From contig OX597835.1 in assembly GCA_951406725.2 (NCBI GenBank), positions 33,294,001 through 33,358,000 on the forward strand: a stretch of 64,000 nt of DNA, given 5' to 3'. This stretch comes from Octopus vulgaris. Its lineage: Eukaryota. This document shows positions 1-10,421 of the stretch, piece by piece (position 1 is the stretch's first letter; each line of letters begins with the position of its first letter). Under the pieces are notes generated by a model. That model had not been told where the DNA came from and searched no databases. It saw only the letters and a list, made by a program, of their open reading frames with translations. The position numbers and the translations under genes were made by a program.

Positions 1-1069
1 TCACAACTTCACGTCTGCTACTAAGAGCCGCAGCAGACCGTCCTGCTACGAAATGAGGTCGCCTACCATCGTCACCCTTTCAGAAAAGCCGTGCAAAATT
101 CTGCTAGAAAGCCGCATGCATCTGTTCGGAACTGAGGAGCATGTGCCTGCCCCGATCCATTCAAAACCTGTTTCGTGGATTTGGTGTCACATCGCCTCTC
201 TACCATTCGTGCTTTTGTTCTTTCGTGTTTGAACGCACATACCCTAGCTCTGACAAAGCAGCCTTCGGGTTTCGCCTAAAAAAGAAAAAAAATGGCCAAA
301 GGCCATTTTCGCTGCTAGCACGTCCGTCACAATGATTTTTCTAATCGCCTCTTTTAGTTTGCTAATAATAACTGTTGAAATATAGCCAGTTTCAGCAATG
401 TCGTCGAAATCACTAATAGTTACCCTCACGATTAATTATCATAATTAGTAAGCAGTCATCTGTCATCGACGTCATCATCATTATTATTAATGATCATCGT
501 CATCACCATTATTATCGTCATTAATATTTTCAGTACAACCATTGTCTCATCATGACTAAATTGAATCAACTTAAGCACCAAAAGCTGAAGTGGTAACAAC
601 AGCTCTTCCGCTATCAATAACAACATCAACCACGACAACAGCATGAACAACAATAACAGGAAATAATAACAGAAAAAATTAAAATTTTTCAAAGTGTTCA
701 AAAACAGTTTTTAAACTATAATTATAAAGAACAAGTGCACGGCCCGTTGTTTTATGCGAGAACAAAGTATATATTCGTTTTTATCTGCATTTGTTCCTAT
801 ATACATTGTTCAAGACAAATCACAGACAGGAAATTTTGGCAATCAAACAATATCTGAGTTTACATTTTTTTTTTTGCGAATTTGACATTTTAAGAATGGG
901 GATGGCTATGAGGTTCTTTTGTACCCGTTCTTCATTCATAGCAAAATCTTATAAAATTTATTTTTAAATATCTGTGGGAAAATAATAATTCAAGTATGGT
1001 CAGTGACTGTGAGTTGACAAGGTTACATGTGTATTGGGTGAGAGATCGAGCTAATAGCGATAGAGCGAT

Positions 1070-1205
1070 AGATACATAGAGCAATAAATAGATAGAGCAT
1101 TAAATAGATAGAGTGATAGATAGATCGATAGATAGATAGAGTGATAGATAGATAGATCGATCGATAGATAGACGGAAAGAGGTGATGTATCGATGGATAG
1201 ATGGA
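1070..1205. repeat. degenerate (GATA)n microsatellite
   Basis: tagatagatag runs seen directly. Confidence 0.85.
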
Positions 1206-1232
1206 TACACAGGCAGATAGTTTGATAAATAA

Positions 1233-1477
1233 ATGGTTATATAGATACCTATTTCTTTATTACCCTCAAGGGGCTAAACATAGAGGGGAAAAACAGGGAC
1301 AGACATAGGTATTAAGTCGATTACATCGACCCCAGTGCGTAACTGGTACCTTATTTATCGACCCAGAAAGGATGAAAGGCAAAGTCAACCTCGGTGCAAT
1401 TTGAACTCACAACGTAACGGCAGCCGGAATACCGCTGAGCATTTCGCCCGACGTGCTATATGGTTATATAGATACCT
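1233..1477 (-). mobile_element. tRNA-derived SINE (Nin-domain type, family A), 5'-truncated, with 18-bp TSD
   Basis: Reverse complement of the family A body (ctttcatcctttcggggtcgataaat-aagtaccag core); atggttatatagatacct is duplicated at 1233-1250 and 1460-1477. Confidence 0.85.
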
Positions 1478-1859
1478 TGATAGATAGATACATAGCACTT
1501 CTTATGGTAAAAATTGCAACATATTACAATTTATCAGAGAAAAAAAATATTTATTCGAAAGTTCTATTATGAGAAATATAAAGAACTGAGATTCATCAAT
1601 TTTTCGCCTCTCGTTACAAATTTACATGACGTAGATTGCAGAAAAGAAAAGCGAGGTGAGAGGTCACAGTAAAAAAAGTAAAGCAGTGACAGAACGCTGC
1701 ACCTGCGCCGATGATTTTTCATTGTCTTATTACACGTTCTTTGAAAGCTGAAGTGGGCAGTGCCAGCGAGTCGTCTAAGCAACATACATATATACATACA
1801 TACATACAAACATACATACATACATACATACATGCATACATACATACATGCATACATAC

Positions 1860-2445
1860 ATGTGATTAGTAGCTACCCTAAAATGTCACGGTGCTACCTC
1901 CCTATGCAGCACGATGTTGTTGCTAAAACAATTTACAATGCCATCCACAAAAATGACACCAGAACTAAATACAAAATCCCTATGTTATTGAATACATTCA
2001 TAAAAACTAAACCAAGGAGTACTGATGGATTATTCCCATCAAATCCACTCTTAGATATAAACGGAGCACACCGGATATTGTTTGAGATGTAAATGTCTCT
2101 TTGAAAATCAAAGAAAAACGAGATATCTATAGACAACTGCTTTGAAACCTCCAGCTTCTTTATCTAGACTATGAATTCATATCAATAATAATTGGAGCAC
2201 TAGGTTATGTATGTAAATGATTAAAGGAGAACCTGGATAAACTGGTATGGGATTATCAGAAAGAGAAATCGACCGGCTGATTCGTACATTACAATTGCAA
2301 TCTATGGAACAGTAAAAAATATGCAAGAGTTTTCTCAAGTTCCAAATGTGAATTTGTCTGTTGAGATGGAGCTTTGTATCTTTGTTGGAAACCGGCTCCT
2401 TCCTCAGGGATGATTTATAGTAATTAAAAAACAGAAGACATACAC
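1860..2445 (+). mobile_element. 3' fragment of an R4/Dong-like non-LTR retrotransposon (restriction-like endonuclease region), between (CATA)n tracts
   Basis: Degenerate translation HVISSYPKMSRCYLPMQHDVVAKTIYN (RH[D/N]-type motif), then IIIGALGYV and KICKSFLKFQM*; (CATA)n at 1783-1860 and ~2450-2470. Confidence 0.7.
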
Positions 2446-2623
2446 ATACGCACATACATACATGCATACACATTTAGATATACATATAAGGAGGTAGAAG
2501 AGAGGAGGTCGCGAATCAAATCAGAAGTTGTGTTAGAGAGAAAGATTTCACAAAAATTATACTAATGATTGTAATTGCTTTTAAGAGAATTTTGTGGACG
2601 CTTTTATATTTTGTCATCTTATC

Positions 2624-2830
2624 GAAGAAGAGGAAGAAGAAGAACAAGAAGAACAAGAAAAAGAAGAAAAAGAAAAAGACGAAAAGAAGAAGAAGAAGAC
2701 GAAGAAGAAGAAGAAGAAGAAGAAGAAGAAGAAGAAGAAGAAGAAGAAGAAGAAGAAGAAGAAGAAGAAGAAGAAAAAGAAGAAGAGCAACAACAACATG
2801 AACAGCAGCAACAACAAAGCAACAACAGCA
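2624..2830. repeat. (GAA)n microsatellite followed by (CAA/CAG)n
   Basis: Direct inspection; it generates the spurious poly-E/K/R/F/S ORFs. Confidence 0.95.
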
Positions 2831-3279
2831 AATGTCAGACAGAATAACGAGTGTTTTTTGTTTCTTTTTTGTAAGAAACGATTTCTGGAAATAATGTTTC
2901 TAAGAAATGTTCTATCAGATAAAACATAACAACAACATAAGTCATATATGAAATACCAGACATGAATGATGATGATGATGAGAATGAGGATGGAATTGGT
3001 GGTATGGACAGCAGTGAATATGATCGTTGTGATGGTGTTACTGACGACGCAATAGTGACAGTGGTAGTGATCGTAATGTTGTTTGATGATAGTACGTAAA
3101 GCTAACAATAATGATGGTGGTGGTGGTGGTACAGTTATTAATGGTGATGGTGATCATGTTGCATGCTGATAAATTATATATATATATATAAATGCCAGTT
3201 TATTTGTTACACAGACAATTCAATTCATATATATATATATATATATTTATATGAATAAACAATATATAATAAATAAAAA

Positions 3280-3380
3280 GACTACGTACGTTTCGTGGCT
3301 ATAACTTGAATTCGAATTACAATTAAATTTAGATTTAATCAAAAAACAATTTAATTGAAAGTAGAGTGACTCCTCAGGTC
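3280..3380 (-). ncRNA. type I hammerhead ribozyme motif (probable Penelope-like pLTR remnant)
   Basis: Minus strand reads GAC-CTGAGGA-GT...long stem II...AC-GAAA-CGTACG-TA-GTC: canonical core, palindromic stem III, stem I GAC/GTC; lies between (TA)n tracts. Confidence 0.7.
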
Positions 3381-3854
3381 AACAATAATAACAATGATAG
3401 TTAAATAAATAATCAAATAGAATTAAACAATATTTCTTAAAGAAATATGATTATTATATATATACCTAATCCTATACCTAATCCATATATATATATATAT
3501 ATATATGTATGTATATATATATACAAACGTGTGTGTGTATACAAAATGATAATTATTGTTATAAGATTGGATGAACAGGTTTTAATCTAACATTCCTAAC
3601 AATTGTTGCTGTGCATTGTCATCACCTGATAATTGCCGTAATTTTCACATACTATACATATATTATGATCCAGCAATAGCCGTATCCCGGCACATCAGTA
3701 GGTGAGTGGCACTGAGAGCGCATCTGAATCACCTACAGTTGATTGTTTTATATCGATATTGTATTTTTAGCATTCCATTGACTACGAGCAACACGGAAAT
3801 TCAAAGAGATGCAATTGGTAAAACCCACCAAAATAAATTATTCGAAATATACAT

Positions 3855-4015
3855 AGGCGTGGTTGTGTCATAAGAAGTTTGCTTCCCAACCACATGGTTT
3901 TGGGTTCTGTCCCACTGCATGGCACATTTGGCTAGTGTCTATTACTTATAGACTCAGGCAGTCCAAAGACTTGTGAATGGATTCAGTAGATGGTAACTAA
4001 AAAGAAATCCGGCGT
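3855..4015 (+). mobile_element. older family B tRNA-derived SINE, 5' half
   Basis: Diverged match to the 5' half of the 41877-42295 copy. Confidence 0.7.
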
Positions 4016-4029
4016 ATATTTGTATGTAT

Positions 4030-4277
4030 AGGCGTAGGAGTGGCTGTGTGGTAAGTAGCTTGTTTACTAACCACATGGTTCCGGGTTTAGCCCCACTGCG
4101 TGGAACCTTGGACAACTGTCTTCTACTATAGCCTCGGCCCGACTAAAGCCTTGTGAGTGGATTTGGTAGACGGAAACTGAAAGAAGCCCGTCGTATATAT
4201 ATGTATGTGTGCGTATCTGTCTGCGTTTGTTCCAGCATGGCCACAGTCAAATGACTGAAACAAATAAAAGAAAAAGG
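4030..4277 (+). mobile_element. family B tRNA-derived SINE (internally deleted)
   Basis: ggcgtaggagtggctgtgtggtaag head; ccagcatggccacagtcaaatgactgaaacaa tail. Confidence 0.85.
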
Positions 4278-4301
4278 GTGTACACACGCACACACACACA
4301 A

Positions 4302-4349
<48 letters not shown>

Positions 4350-4374
4350 CTATACAATATGTTACATTACTCGG

Positions 4375-4448
4375 TAGTCAAGATAAAACTCTGAGTTTCA
4401 GATGCCGAAGTGGAAATCCACAACACCATCTCTTCGGTTATCTGGCTA
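4375..4448 (-). ncRNA. variant type I hammerhead-like fold in PLE 3' UTR (left arm)
   Basis: AGATAA-CCGAAGA-GATG..GTGG/CCAC..CATC-T-GAAA-CTC-A-GAG-TT-TTATCT. Confidence 0.6.
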
Positions 4449-4637
4449 TTTGAAAACGTTATGAAAAAATACCGTTAAAAATGAAGGGAAATTACTCTGT
4501 TATAACTCTGCTTTGCCTGCGTACTTATTCATCGCTCGCATTTTTCGTCATAAAAATTATATAAAAATACATAAAAATATATAAAAATATATAAAAATAT
4601 ATAAAATCTTCTTGGGACATAACACAGAAAGCATGTT

Positions 4638-5885
4638 CTATCCGTTTTCTTTAGGGGACCAAAAACGTAACAGAAATTTAGTCACATGTGGGCATGATCC
4701 GAAAAACTCTGTCCTTCTATTTAGACATGTGGTAGGGTCTAAGCTGCTTTTCCAGATAAGCCATCTCTCCATGTCGCATAAACCGCACCTTCCGCTGCCG
4801 TTAGTATAGGGCTTACATCTGGCCAAAATCTTCCATTGTATGTTATAATCGACACCTTTATCTCTTAAAGACCAAATATGATTGGATAATTGTGTCGCTT
4901 TTCTTTGTTCCAGTGCCTAAAGCTCAAAGTGTGGTTATTGAACCTGGCCTTGAAATTACCCTCTGTCAGGCCCACGTATTTCTTCGTCGAAACGGTGTCT
5001 TTAGTGGTTATAGAGTTTACGGTAGCTTCATATATGATGGTCTTGGACATGCAAGCTCCATTTAGCGGGCACAATTCTTTATTCCTGCATGAACAGCTGT
5101 TTTCTTCTTGTGTTTTTTGTATGTTATGATTGATTATGTTTTTAAAATTGGTAGTTGAACTAAAACTAATTTTTAAATTGTGTCTATTGAAGAGTTTCCT
5201 ATAAGCATGGTTAACTGGAAAATGTCTATCTATCAGTGCTAGGAAATATTTACCTATATTGAAGGCCACCTCGGTGAGTAAGGGGGCGTAAACCAGATGA
5301 CCTTCCTATTTCTATTATTCCTTTTCCTTATTGTTGGGCTGGTGATAGGTGTATATTTTATTTTTTCGCTAAAACCACTATCTTTTAAAGCTTTATTATA
5401 AACTGGGGCAACGCTATTGAAGATGTCCTCATTAGATGAGAGGCTAGAAATCCTCTTACTAATATTTTTAACTAAATTTTTGAATACTATAGGGGGATGG
5501 CATGAACCTACATTAATATAACTTAGTCTATCATTGGGCTTCCTATAAGGCTTATAAATATTATTATTAAGATCTAAGGAAACGTCTAAGAAATTGACAA
5601 CCGTCAGGTTAGTGTCTATAGTTATACTAAGTCCGAAGTGTTTCATTAACTGGATAATATCCTTCCTAAAACGATCTTGTGCTGGTCCATTTGTATTAGC
5701 TGTTAAGGCGAGGGCATCATCTTTGTAGATGGCAAAATGTACGTTAGGGAATGTCTTACTGAAGGTATCTAGGAGAAAGAGTCCAATTAGATCACAGATG
5801 CCTGCCCCATCATATGAACCCATGCTCACATCGAAAGCGCCCTCCGTGTCGGTGTTTTTACCCACTTTGCATTCTCACTGAAAAG
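4638..5885 (-). pseudogene. PLE RT-GIY-YIG polyprotein, C-terminal ~415 aa, frameshifted
   Basis: FDVSMGSYDGA (RT motif B region), YKDD (motif C), VNFLDVSLDL, CSCRNKELCPLNGAC linker, IIY...YVG GIY-YIG, CGLC...CPH; stop TAG at 4638-4640. Confidence 0.88.
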
Positions 5886-5891
5886 TAATGT

Positions 5892-7142
5892 CTTTTCAGT
5901 GAGAATGCAAAGTGGGTAAAAAACACCGACACGGAGGGCGCTTTCGATGTGAGCATGGGTTCATATGATGGGGCAGGCATCTGTGATCTAATTGGACTCT
6001 TTCTCCTAGATACCTTCAGTAAGACATTCCCTAACGTACATTTTGCCATCTACAAAGATGATGCCCTCGCCTTAACAGCTAATACAAATGGACCAGCACA
6101 AGATCGTTTTAGGAAGGATATTATCCAGTTAATGAAACACTTCGGACTTAGTATAACTATAGACACTAACCTGACGGTTGTCAATTTCTTAGACGTTTCC
6201 TTAGATCTTAATAATAATATTTATAAGCCTTATAGGAAGCCCAATGATAGACTAAGTTATATTAATGTAGGTTCATGCCATCCCCCTATAGTATTCAAAA
6301 ATTTAGTTAAAAATATTAGTAAGAGGATTTCTAGCCTCTCATCTAATGAGGACATCTTCAATAGCGTTGCCCCAGTTTATAATAAAGCTTTAAAAGATAG
6401 TGGTTTTAGCGAAAAAAATAAAATATACACCTATCACCAGCCCAACAATAAGGAAAAGGAATAATAGAAATAGGAAGGTCATCTGGTTTACGCCCCCTTA
6501 CTCACCCGAGGTGGCCTTCAATATAGGTAAATATTTCCTAGCACTGATAGATAGACATTTTCCAGTTAACCATGCTTATAGGAAACTCTTCAATAGACAC
6601 AATTTAAAAATTAGTTTTAGTTCAACTACCAATTTTAAAAACATAATCAATCATAACATACAAAAAACACAAGAAGAAAACAGCTGTTCATGCAGGAATA
6701 AAGAATTGTGCCCGCTAAATGGAGCTTGCATGTCCAAGACCATCATATATGAAGCTACCGTAAACTCTATAACCACTAAAGACACCGTTTCGACGAAGAA
6801 ATACGTGGGCCTGACAGAGGGTAATTTCAAGGCCAGGTTCAATAACCACACTTTGAGCTTTAGGCACTGGAACAAAAGAAAAGCGACACAATTATCCAAT
6901 CATATTTGGTCTTTAAGAGATAAAGGTGTCGATTATAACATACAATGGAAGATTTTGGCCAGATGTAAGCCCTATACTAACGGCAGCGGAAGGTGCGGTT
7001 TATGCGACATGGAGAGATGGCTTATCTGGAAAAGCAGCTTAGACCCTACCACATGTCTAAATAGAAGGACAGAGCTTTTCGGATCATGCCCACATGTGAC
7101 TAAATTTCTGTTACGTTTTTGGTCCCCTAAAGAAAACGGATA
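5892..7142 (+). pseudogene. PLE RT-GIY-YIG polyprotein, C-terminal ~416 aa, one frameshift and stop codon lost
   Basis: LFSENAKWVKNTDTEGAFDVSMGSYDGA...YKDD...FLDV...KKYVGLTEGNFKARFNNH...CGLCDME...LNRRTELFGSCPH; a 5-bp deletion relative to the left arm removes the TAG. Confidence 0.88.
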
Positions 7143-7306
7143 TGCTTTCTGTGTTATGTCCCAAGAAGATTTTATATATTTTTATATATTTTTATATATT
7201 TTTATGTATTTTTATATAATTTTTATGACGAAAAATGCGAGCGATGTATATATATAACAGAGTAATTTCCTTCATTTTTAACGGTATTTTTTCATAACGT
7301 TTCAAA

Positions 7307-7378
7307 TAGCAGATAACCGAAGAGATGGTGTTGTGGATTTCACTTCGGCATCTGAAACTCAGAGTTTTATCTTGACTA
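7307..7378 (+). ncRNA. variant type I hammerhead-like fold in PLE 3' UTR (right arm)
   Basis: Same fold as the left arm; stem I AGATAA/TTATCT, core CCGAAGA...GAAA, predicted GUU cleavage triplet. Confidence 0.6.
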
Positions 7379-7467
7379 CGAGTAATGTAACATATTGTAT
7401 AGATAAATTTCCTCTATTTACATAATATTGAGGTCTCTTTCTTTCTTTTGTTATCTTACCGTTTTAT

Positions 7468-7549
<82 letters not shown>

Positions 7550-7624
7550 GTATATATATATACATATATATTTATATATATATATCGATATATGTATGTA
7601 TTTATGTATGTAATGTATGTTTGT

Positions 7625-7830
7625 ATCTGTGTGTGCTTGTGCCCCATCACCGCTTGACAACCGGTTTTGGTGCGTTTACGTCTCCATAACTTAGCGGTTT
7701 GGCAAAAGAGCCGATAGTATAAGTAATAGGTTCCAAAAAATAAGTACTGGGGGTGATTTTTTCAACAAAAACTCTTGGGGGCGATGCCCCAGCATGGTCG
7801 TAGTCAAATGACTGAAACAAGTGAAAGAAC
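7625..7830 (+). mobile_element. family B SINE, 3' half
   Basis: gcttgacaaccgg...aacttagcggtttggcaaaagagccgatag...ccagcatggtcgtagtcaaatgactgaaacaag. Confidence 0.75.
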
Positions 7831-8010
7831 CAGAAAATATAAGGAAAAGACAACATAAATTAACAAAACTCCTTATTCAGCTCGTTTTTAGCAACAACAT
7901 ATCTGGCCTTTTATGAAGATATATGAACACCTGAGATTATAATGTTGCAAATACATAACCTAGATGAATTTCTCATCTTCTGACTCCGAATGTAGTAATT
8001 CGCGCGTGGT

Positions 8011-8591
8011 CACCTTGTTACGATAGCTGGATATCAACTTGTCTGCCATAAGCTTAATTTTAGTCATGTCTTACCATAGCGGGACACCAACTTGTCTGTC
8101 ATAAACTTTATTTACTTGTTAGCATAGCAGGATACCAACTTCTCTGACAAACTTAATTCTAATCACTTGTTACCATAGCGGGATATCAACATAATTAACT
8201 TCTATTAACTTAATTTTAGTCACGTCTTGCCATAGTGGGATGATACCTAATTGTCTGCTATGAACTTAATTTATGAACTTGTTACCATAGCACAATAACA
8301 ACTTGTCTGACACAAACTTCATTTTAGTCACTCATTACAATAGCAGGATACGAACGCGTTTGCCATAAACTTAATTCTAGACACTTGCCACAATAGCATG
8401 ATAGCAACTTGTCTGACAAACTTAATTTTAGTCACTTGTTATCATAGCGGGATACCAACTTTTCCACTCAAACTTAATTTTAATCACCTGTTACCATTAG
8501 GGGATACGAACGTGTTTGCTATAAACTTAATTTTACTCGCTTGTTACCATAGGGGTATACCCCCTTGTCTGCTCATAAACTTAATTTTAGT
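8011..8591. repeat. minisatellite, ~53-bp unit x ~11
   Basis: Consensus cacttgttaccatagcgggataccaacttgtctgccataaacttaattttagt, repeated head-to-tail with divergence. Confidence 0.9.
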
Positions 8592-8649
8592 CCCTTTTAA
8601 GGATGTCCCTACAGATATTTTATCGAAGTTATAGCCAGCTCTGATTCAC

Positions 8650-8860
8650 TGGGCTAAACACAGAGGGGACAAACAAGGGCAGACAAACGAATTAAGTCGA
8701 TTACATCGACCCCAGTGAACTGGTACTTAATTTATCGACCCCGAAAGGCTGAAAGGCAAAGTCGACCTCGGCGGAATTTGAACTCAGAAAGGTAACCGCA
8801 GACAAAATACGGCTACCCATTTCGCCCGGCGTGCTAACGTTTCTGCCAGATCGCCGCCTT
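8650..8860 (-). mobile_element. family A (Nin-domain) SINE
   Basis: Reverse complement of the ggcggcgagctggcagaaacgttagcacgccgggcgaaat... consensus. Confidence 0.85.
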
Positions 8861-10195
8861 TTAATGACTACGAAGTAAATAATAATCTTTGTGCTCTCCC
8901 GTGCGTATGTACGGATGTGAATTTAAATATACTTTGAGACAAAACCTAATCCATATCAGGATAGCAACATAACTATCATTTTATCTAACGTCCAAACGAC
9001 AAAATCTAAATAGATTCATAACATATTTCAATATATAAGCAGACACATATTTAAAATGACAATATCGGTTATTGTTTGCACTATCGAGCATTTCCGATGA
9101 AAAATTTATGTTTCGGTATTTGCAACATTCACAATAATGAGATAGAATTATGAAGGTTTTACTTGTGTTTGTCACTATGTGTGTGTCAGTTCGTGATATT
9201 TACTCTAAAACTGTATATATATAAGTATATGTATATATAAAATTATATACGTATTATGTAAGCATTGTGTATATATCAATATTCCTGTGAAATTCCTAAG
9301 CTTTCATATGTATGTATATATATATATATATATATATATAACATTGTGCGTAATTATTACTGTTTCATAAATATATTCCTTAATGATTATCGGAACTCAA
9401 GTGTTTCTTCTATTTTCCTGAGGAATTCGTAGACTAATCAAAAACTATACAATCGTGTAAAGAATAAATGATCATCATATAACATCGGTACTGTCTCTGA
9501 ATAAAGTTTCCACTCTTTATGTATATATACATAAATATGTACACACAAATATATACACACTTTAATATTGAACACACGTTATGTGTGTCTGTGTGCGTGT
9601 ATTTACCTGCTTGCTTACCTACCTATACTTACCAATATATATATATATATGTATATATTCACATATATATACACATGTATATATACACACAGTGAGACAT
9701 ATAGATATTTGTGTATAAATAAAGGTGTATATTTACCAATATATGTATATTTACACATACGTATATGTATCTATGTATATATATGTATGTGTCTGTATAT
9801 ACGTATACAATCTGTTTCCTGTTATCTCTTCAAGTCTGGTTATTTTTGTAAGCAGAAATTTGATTTTAAAAAAAGCAAAAAAAATATGAGAAAACTTTAA
9901 AAGTTCACTTCCGGCAAAAAGAGTTACGCAGAGTTGATCTCCATGCTGATCGTCGAAAACCGGAAGTTGACTAATAGACTATATTTGCTGCTTTGAAACA
10001 GAAGGGTGTCCACGTGTCTATCTTTTTCTCTGTATACTTGTTCGTTGCTCGTGTGTATGTACGTATGTAGGTGTGAACAATATTGAAGTATACCTTCTAT
10101 GTGTTCGTAGGTCTGCTATTGTCGAGCGTTTAGGTGTGAATGCATATTTATGCATCCGGATGTGTCTACTATATTTAAATGGACGAGCTGGCAGA

Positions 10196-10421
10196 GGCGG
10201 CGAGCTGGCAGAAACGTTAGCACGCCGGGCGAGACGCGTAGCCGTATTTCGTCTGCCGTTACGTTCTGAGTTCAAATTCCACCGAGGTCGACTTTGCCTT
10301 TCATTCTTTCGGGGTTGATAAATTAAGTACCAGTTTCGCACTGGAGTCGATGTAATCAACTTAATCCCTTTGTCCTTGTTTGTCCCCTCTATGTTTAGCC
10401 CTTTGTGCGCAATAAAGAAAT
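10196..10421 (+). mobile_element. family A (Nin-domain) SINE
   Basis: Full head and tail; atatttaaatgga occurs on both sides (~10171 and ~10424). Confidence 0.88.

Larger units (their letters stand above)
4347..5885 (-). mobile_element. Penelope-like retroelement, left (inverted) arm, 5'-truncated; RT + GIY-YIG
   Basis: Near-exact reverse complement of 5892-7405; ORF pieces 5254-5865, 4865-5269 and 4638-4826 translate to the same protein as the right arm. Confidence 0.93.
5892..7470 (+). mobile_element. Penelope-like retroelement, right arm, 5'-truncated, with 3' end running into (TA)n
   Basis: ORFs 5949-6464 and 6400-7257 (one frameshift near 6415); 3' UTR with hammerhead-like fold at 7307-7378; ends ttatcaa followed by (TA)n at 7471. 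Confidence 0.93.

Noticed and set aside
2565-3108. ORFs with poly-E/K/R/F/S
   Set aside because: They are translations of the (GAA)n microsatellite in six frames; there is no domain evidence.
6400-7257. Hydrophobic C-terminal extension (YAFCVMSQEDFIYFYIFLYIF) on the PLE ORF; selenocysteine recoding
   Set aside because: The extension results from a 5-bp deletion removing the stop seen in the left arm; the reconstructed ORF has no in-frame TGA.
8011-8591. CRISPR-like periodicity
   Set aside because: Units are contiguous and homologous over their whole length, with no unique spacers and no cas genes; the context is eukaryotic.
10018-10359. Recurrent ORFs containing RNWYLI..RKDERQSRPRRNLNS
   Set aside because: Antisense translation of the family A SINE, not a protein family.
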